Shown here in pieces: positions 58,568 through 64,000 of a stretch of 64,000 nt of DNA. Source of the DNA: an uncultured Bacteroidales bacterium (GTDB lineage: Bacteria; Bacteroidota; Bacteroidia; Bacteroidales; UBA11471). Positions within the stretch are counted from its first letter, which is position 1, and each line of letters starts with the position of its first letter. A program made the translations under genes and the position numbers. Location of the stretch: positions 12,492-76,491 of the forward strand of contig CANQQA010000008.1 in assembly GCA_947625885.1 (NCBI GenBank), given 5' to 3'. A model generated the notes under the pieces. The model saw nothing but the letters and a program-made list of their open reading frames with translations. It made no database searches and was not told the DNA's origin.

Positions 58568-60082
58568 ATGAAAACAAAATTCTTTCTTGCGCTGGCAGCG
58601 GCTTGCTGCGTGTTGTCGGCGTGTTCCCGAAAAGAGGTTCGCATACACACGATAGGCGACTCCACCATGGCAGACTATGCCGAAAATACCACCCGCGCAC
58701 GCGGCTGGGGAGAGATGTTCCAAGAATTTTTCACCGACGACGCCGTAGTGATAAACTACGCGCGCAACGGTCGCAGCACCCGCTCCTTCATGAGCGAAGG
58801 GCTGTGGGATAAAGTGAAAGCCGCCGTACAGCCGGGCGACTACGTGCTGATACAGTTCGCCCACAACGACGAGAAAGGCAACGGCACATACAGCGACGAT
58901 GGGCGCGGCACCGACCCGTGGGGACACTACAAATCCAACCTCGAAACCTACGTGAACGAAACCCGCGCTCTCGGCGCCACCCCGATACTCATTACGCCTA
59001 TCGTGCGGCGCTATTACACCGCCGACGGGACGATTTCACCGAAAGGGTGCCACAACTTGGGCGCAGTGGGCGACACCACGCTCGACTACGTGTACGTAAT
59101 GAAACAGGTCGCCCGCGAAATGCAGGTGCCCCTCATCGACCACACTGCCCTCACGAAAGCCTTTATCGAGGAGCTGGGCGAGCAACAGGCGACCGACCTC
59201 ATCTACGCGCCCACCGACGGCACGCACACGCAGGCTACGGGTGCGGCGCTCTACGCCCGCATGGTGGCGCAGGCGCTGCAACAGGCGGGCATCTTGACGG
59301 AGTATGTACGCCCCGACGTGCCTATCGTTCTCAATCCGGATACCTTGAACTTCGGACAGATGTACGTGGGCGACGAGGCGTGTATGCGTTTCGACCTGAC
59401 GGGTCTGGCGCTGCCCGAACGCGAAGGTGAAATCGTCGTTACCGCCCCGAAGGGCATGACCGTCGCCTCCGCCCCCGACGCCCAACGGCAGGAATCGTTG
59501 GCGTTAGCCTACACCGACGGCAAGCTGTGGAACCAATGCTGCTACCTCTACTTCACCCCCGAACAGGCAGGGACGATAAACGATGCGATAACCGTCGTGT
59601 GCGGAAAGGTGAAACGCGAAATTCCCGTCGTAGCCGAGAGCCGCGTCATCACGCTCGAAACGCCCGAAAAAGCCGAAATCGGGAAATATACGTTGAAAGG
59701 ACTTGACGAGAACGAAACCGGCATCGCCATCGCCGGCGGCAAATGGCCTGCCGACATCGACGAGGCGGGCGACCGTTACGTGGAGTTCGTATTCAAAGGA
59801 AACAAAAAAACATTCCTCGCCCGTCAAATCACTTTCACGCTGGACGGCGGCGTAGCCTATCGGGCTGCCCTGTCGAAAAGCAACGACTTCTACCCCCGCA
59901 CCATTTTAGGCGAAAACCAACGCCCCGAAAGCGGCGTCCGCACCATCACGCTGCCGACCAACACCACCGTAAAGCCGGGTGAACGGCTGGCAGTGCGCAT
60001 CTACCCGTGGAGCGTCGCCGAGAGCGACAACCTCCGTTTCCGCATCAGCGATTTCGTCATCGACGGCATTGCTGTGGAATAA
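58568..60082 (+). CDS. SGNH/GDSL hydrolase, rhamnogalacturonan acetylesterase-like (CE12) with a C-terminal beta-rich domain
   Basis: Lipoprotein-type signal MKTKFFLALAAACCVLSAC; block I IHTIGDSTMADY; ...FAHNDE...; DGTHT catalytic block. An alternative start exists at 58556. Confidence 0.75.
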   Translation: MKTKFFLALAAACCVLSACSRKEVRIHTIGDSTMADYAENTTRARGWGEMFQEFFTDDAVVINYARNGRSTRSFMSEGLWDKVKAAVQPGDYVLIQFAHNDEKGNGTYSDDGRGTDPWGHYKSNLETYVNETRALGATPILITPIVRRYYTADGTISPKGCHNLGAVGDTTLDYVYVMKQVAREMQVPLIDHTALTKAFIEELGEQQATDLIYAPTDGTHTQATGAALYARMVAQALQQAGILTEYVRPDVPIVLNPDTLNFGQMYVGDEACMRFDLTGLALPEREGEIVVTAPKGMTVASAPDAQRQESLALAYTDGKLWNQCCYLYFTPEQAGTINDAITVVCGKVKREIPVVAESRVITLETPEKAEIGKYTLKGLDENETGIAIAGGKWPADIDEAGDRYVEFVFKGNKKTFLARQITFTLDGGVAYRAALSKSNDFYPRTILGENQRPESGVRTITLPTNTTVKPGERLAVRIYPWSVAESDNLRFRISDFVIDGIAVE

Positions 60083-60112
60083 CCCTCATGTTGCACCCAA
60101 AAACAAATCGCT

Positions 60113-60661
60113 ATGAATATATCGTACTTGTTCCTTGCAGAAGGATTTGAAGAAATCGAAGCCTTGACCGTCGTCGATATGATGCGACGCGCAGGCATGG
60201 AGATACGCACCGTCGCCATTACCGGCGAAAAGAGCGTAACCGGTGCGCACGGCATTCCCGTTACCGCCGACCTTACGCTTGCCGAAGCTCCGCTCGACGA
60301 GGCGTTGTGGCTTATCCTGCCCGGCGGTCTGCCCGGCGCCGACAATCTGGCAAACTGCGCGCCGCTCATCGAGGCGCTGAAAGCCCATGCCGCCCAAGAG
60401 CGTCCGGTGGCTGCCATCTGCGCCGCGCCTTACGTGCTCGGTGCGTGCGGCATTCTTAAAGGGCGAAAAGCCACCTGCTATCCGGGGTTCGAAAAACGCA
60501 TGTCGGGTGCGACGCCCACCGGCAACATGGTCGAGATAGACGGCTCTGTGGTTACGGGCAAAGGTCCTGCCGCCGCTGCCGAATTCGCCTCGACAATTAT
60601 CCGCCTGACATACGGCGACGAAGCCGCCCGCACAGTACGCAAAGGTATGCTGCTCGACTGA
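60113..60661 (+). CDS. DJ-1/PfpI family protein
   Basis: ...LPGGLPGADNL...VAAICAAPYVLG (nucleophile-elbow Cys)...; 182 aa. Confidence 0.85.
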   Translation: MNISYLFLAEGFEEIEALTVVDMMRRAGMEIRTVAITGEKSVTGAHGIPVTADLTLAEAPLDEALWLILPGGLPGADNLANCAPLIEALKAHAAQERPVAAICAAPYVLGACGILKGRKATCYPGFEKRMSGATPTGNMVEIDGSVVTGKGPAAAAEFASTIIRLTYGDEAARTVRKGMLLD

Positions 60662-60683
60662 CAGCCGCCCTGCGAAAACCTTT

Positions 60684-60722
60684 ATCCCCTCCCGACGCTT
60701 TCTGTCGGGAGGGGATTTTTTG
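60684..60722 (+). terminator. Intrinsic terminator after the DJ-1 gene
   Basis: ATCCCCTCCCGAC-GCTTTCT-GTCGGGAGGGGAT followed by TTTTTT. Confidence 0.8.
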
Positions 60723-60926
60723 TACCGGAAAAACTCCGAATCCTAACTCTGTTTTTCCAATATGCCTTTCTCTACTGTCCCGAAAATTTATTTGATTTTT
60801 CGCTTGCCGCTTTTCTGAAAATTTTCCGCGAATGAAAACAAAAATTTTTAGCGAAAAGTTTTGCGAATCGACATTTATAAATTAATTTTGCAAAAACAAT
60901 TTATCAATTAAGAAAATTCGATTATA

Positions 60927-61925
60927 ATGAAAAATTCACTCATTTATTTTTTGCAAACATGGGGAATTCTTTTGGTCGTATTAGGACATTCTGAAACAGA
61001 AGCACCTCAATCCACGCTTCTGCATATGTGGATTTATTCTTTCCATATGCCACTTTTTATGTTTATTTCCGGCTATTTGTTACGTTATGGATGCGATGTA
61101 CGCAGGCAGACATTTGTACAGACTATTTGCAATCGTAAGTTTCTTATTAAAAAAGTCAAACGATTGCTTGTCCCTTACTTTATTATCAGCACATTGACAT
61201 TCGTTCCGAAAGTATTGATGAGCCAATTTGCCATAAGACCCACAACATTTTCATTCAAGGAGTATTTTTCCATGTTAATATATCCATGTGAAAATATTAT
61301 CATGCTTTTTTGGTTCTTACCGACTCTATTTTTAATTTTCTGTATTTTACATATAGGAGGGCGCATTTTGCAAAAGTGGAATATACCATTGTGGGGCTGC
61401 CTTGCTGTTGCATTGGCACTCCATTTGTTCAATCCTGTCCTCGAAATCAAAATCTTTAATATTTCCGGAGTTGTCAATTATCTTTTTTATTTCCTTTTCG
61501 GATATTTCGTCTGTCGATACCACTCTTTCGATTTCATTACCCATCATCCGGCAATCGTATTCTCCTCAACCTTTGCTTTATCTGCTGCCTTACTCACTTT
61601 ACCCGATTTTCAAGGCAGAGATGTATTGACAGCGATGAACGGTATTATGATGAGTTACGCTCTCGGAAGGCTCTATTTTCGATATAACTGCACCATACTG
61701 CATCATCTGTTCGGCGCCTCTTATACGATTTATCTTTATTCTTGGTTTCCGCAAGTATTGGCACAACAAGTTTTTTGTGCGCTTACAGGAGCTCCATGGT
61801 GGATTGGGGGCATACTAGCTTTCTTTACAGGAGTTTATATTCCACTCCTCATTTATCGCTGGATAATGAAATATCGGGAAACTCGTATTGGTAAGGCAAT
61901 GGCATTTATATCCGGCATAGCATAG
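60927..61925 (+). CDS. Acyltransferase family 3 (membrane O-acyltransferase)
   Basis: 332 aa, ~10 hydrophobic helices; N-terminus ...WGILLVVLGHS and FHMPLFMFISGYL are typical of the Acyl_transf_3 family; low GC. Confidence 0.75.
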   Translation: MKNSLIYFLQTWGILLVVLGHSETEAPQSTLLHMWIYSFHMPLFMFISGYLLRYGCDVRRQTFVQTICNRKFLIKKVKRLLVPYFIISTLTFVPKVLMSQFAIRPTTFSFKEYFSMLIYPCENIIMLFWFLPTLFLIFCILHIGGRILQKWNIPLWGCLAVALALHLFNPVLEIKIFNISGVVNYLFYFLFGYFVCRYHSFDFITHHPAIVFSSTFALSAALLTLPDFQGRDVLTAMNGIMMSYALGRLYFRYNCTILHHLFGASYTIYLYSWFPQVLAQQVFCALTGAPWWIGGILAFFTGVYIPLLIYRWIMKYRETRIGKAMAFISGIA

Positions 61926-62199
61926 ACCTTTTTTGCTTATACTGTTGTCTCTCGATGCAATCGAAGTTTTGCCGTGAAAGATAAAGTCGCGCTCGCGTAT
62001 TTTCACACATAACAGAATCTTTGTCAGCACTCTTGCAAGCAAATGGGCTTAAAACGAGAACGAAAGAAATTTTTCTCTTTGAGAAACAAAAAATTTTCCG
62101 TTGCCGGCAGGGAGCATTGCACCGGCGAGCCAAAGGCGGAAACGACTGCCGCCGAAACCCTCTTGTTTCGGCGGCAAGCATATTCAGACGAAGATTGTT

Positions 62200-62958
62200 T
62201 CAGACAGCCGTATAACCGCCGTCGACGGGCAGAATGACGCCCGTAACATACGAGGCTTCGTCGCTGGCAAGGAATATCGCGGCGGCATTCAGTTCGCCCT
62301 CGCGACCGTAACGCCCCATAGGCACGGTGCGTTTCATATACTCCTTGAAGAAGTCGGTTTCGAGCGTTTCGACGGTCAGCTCCGTAGCGAAGTAGCCCGG
62401 ACAAATGGCGTTGCAGGTGATGTTGTATTTCGCCAGCTCCGCCGCCATGGCGCGGGTCATGTTCACCACGCCGCCCTTCGTGGCGTGATAGGCGACGACG
62501 TCCATCGCCGTATTGCCGACCAGTCCGTACATCGAGGCGATGTTGATGATGCGTCCGTAGTTGTGTTTCTTCATGATGTTGCCGAAAGCGCGCGACACCT
62601 TGAATACGCTCGTGAAGTCGGTATCGACGGTAAACTGCCAATCGGCGTCGGAGGTGTCGAGCACGCCCGTGCCCTTGTTGGCGCCGGCGCAGTTCACGAG
62701 AATATCGACTTTTCCGTACTCTTTTTCGACGGCGGCAGCGGCAGCCTCCACCGACTCCGTAACCGTAACGTCGCATTTCACGGGCAGGCATTTCACGCCC
62801 ATTTTGCGAATCTCCTCCGCCAGCGACTCCAACCGCTCCAAGCGGCGGGCGGTAATCGCTACGTCCGCACCCTGTGCGGCGAATCCTTTTGCCATTTGCG
62901 CGCCGAGCCCGCTGCTTGCACCCGATACTACGGCGACTCTTCCTTTCAAATCGAACAT
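62200..62958 (-). CDS. SDR-family oxidoreductase
   Basis: Start trimmed to MFDLKGRVAVVSGASSGLG (TGxxxGxG); NCAG; catalytic YHATKGG (YxxxK). Confidence 0.88.
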   Translation of the reverse strand: MFDLKGRVAVVSGASSGLGAQMAKGFAAQGADVAITARRLERLESLAEEIRKMGVKCLPVKCDVTVTESVEAAAAAVEKEYGKVDILVNCAGANKGTGVLDTSDADWQFTVDTDFTSVFKVSRAFGNIMKKHNYGRIINIASMYGLVGNTAMDVVAYHATKGGVVNMTRAMAAELAKYNITCNAICPGYFATELTVETLETDFFKEYMKRTVPMGRYGREGELNAAAIFLASDEASYVTGVILPVDGGYTAV

Positions 62959-63124
62959 GGTTTTTCTATTTAGGTTAAACTTGACGGACGACAACCGTGT
63001 CCGTTCACTCCTACAAATATATAAAAAATAATTTTGTTCGGTAACTCCGTCCGATATGATGGGTTTCAATCTTTCCATTCAAAAAAATGGTCGTTACTAT
63101 CGTAACATTATTATCATCACATTT

Positions 63125-64000
63125 TTAATCTATAATACTTTCGCTACTATCGCTATGCCGAGAAACATTTCTTAATACACAATTTTTACTTGCATTAGCA
63201 TAACAATAAACACAAAAGTGTAAACACGTATTATACATACCGATATCTTTACTTATCATACAGCCACAAACCTTACGTTGTCCTCTATCCTTAAGATTTT
63301 TACCCTTAGGCGGAATCATATGTTTAGAATAGAACATATCGGTTGAAGTTTCTGGCAACTTGCCAGTGTGCAGGTAATACACAAGTTCCCAATCTTCTGA
63401 AAATATACGTTCCATCAGATCTCCGTCTATGCAACGATTATGTTCAATTCCGTATAAATCAAGGTTTATCTCCTCAGAACAAGTTGCAAGTGTCAAATTC
63501 CAACCCATTTCTGCCCAATAGTCCCGTATCTTTGTAAGACCTTTCACAAGCTCCATTTTCCTATCCCCTACAGGTTCAGCTGTTTCAACATTTTCCCTCG
63601 TAAAATAAGGCGTCTCTTTGATCAAATTGCTCTGTACCTTACGGTATGCCTTTACATCAATAAAACTGAAAACTAATTTATCGGTGTATCCTTTCAACTG
63701 ATTGCCAATGTGATAAATTTTTGCAAGCAAGTGACGTGGCGTTAATTGGTCTGTCAATACAAGAGGATCAAAACGCCAAATTATTTTTTCCTTTCCTATC
63801 TTGTCAGACAATTTTTTAAACACTTCAATTCGATGTTGAAGTGCCGGTACATTAGGTTCAAATCCCTCACGTTCGTAATCATTGAGTGTAACCTGAAAGT
63901 AATAATGAATACCACGTTTGTCGAGTTCGGGCAAATACTCAATCATCGGTTCTGGATTTTTTGTCCAAAACACAACAACTTTCATATTATTGAATGAGAT
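63125..64000 (-). CDS. DUF1848 domain protein, N-terminus beyond the window edge
   Basis: ...VVFWTKNPEPM...YYFQVTLNDY...; C-terminal Cys cluster CGC...C..C.YCYA. The frame stays open upstream of the first ATG to the window end. Confidence 0.6.
   Translation of the reverse strand: MSFNNMKVVVFWTKNPEPMIEYLPELDKRGIHYYFQVTLNDYEREGFEPNVPALQHRIEVFKKLSDKIGKEKIIWRFDPLVLTDQLTPRHLLAKIYHIGNQLKGYTDKLVFSFIDVKAYRKVQSNLIKETPYFTRENVETAEPVGDRKMELVKGLTKIRDYWAEMGWNLTLATCSEEINLDLYGIEHNRCIDGDLMERIFSEDWELVYYLHTGKLPETSTDMFYSKHMIPPKGKNLKDRGQRKVCGCMISKDIGMYNTCLHFCVYCYANASKNCVLRNVSRHSDSSESIID

Noticed and set aside
1-64000. CRISPR arrays, rRNA genes, additional tRNAs, tmRNA, RNase P RNA
   Set aside because: I scanned for regularly spaced direct repeats and for conserved cores such as GAGGAAAGTCCGGGC and tRNA-like T arms. 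Only the single tRNA-Asp was found.

Overview
The window is a junction between two regions.

(1) Positions 1 to ~27.96 kb are the integrase-proximal part of a CTnDOT/CTn341-family tetracycline-resistance conjugative transposon. It is partial and continues past the left edge. The core genes are all on the minus strand: rteC, rteB, rteA, tetQ, a giant methylase-helicase, DUF1896, topoisomerase III (exc position), an orf3-like DUF3945 gene, two xis-like HTH genes and an IntDOT-like integrase.

(2) About 36 kb is GC-rich Bacteroidales chromosome. It shows Bacteroides-type TAnnTTTG promoters and T9SS C-terminal tails; an Alistipes-like origin is only a guess. Genes include GH28, queE/queD, MFS, PgpH-like HD, alkaline phosphatase, rpsA, AraC, yebC, pheT, rluD-like, ispE, grpE-dnaJ, mgtE, rsmA, tRNA-Asp, folE, SPOR, tpiA, CE12 esterase, DJ-1, SDR and DUF1848.

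I saw no rRNA, no CRISPR array and no convincing wholly new multigene system.

The most unusual structure is a 3.5-kb three-tyrosine-recombinase (RIT-type) element. It has 28-bp terminal inverted repeats and splits the CTn methylase-helicase gene exactly after its DESH helicase motif. At one end only it carries a perfect loxP-geometry 13-8-13 site.

Other items worth a second look:
- a 124-nt multi-segment palindrome plus terminator downstream of rteB
- a low-GC cargo block (tandem GNAT, SnoaL-like, DUF418 fragment) next to a tetQ that looks diverged
- an in-frame TAG in queD
- a +1 frameshift at a C5 tract in a T9SS repeat protein
- an AT-rich core inside a secreted beta-helix-like gene
- a 570-bp structured noncoding region
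- two low-GC islets near the right end

Many long ORFs antisense to real genes are GC-driven shadows and were rejected.
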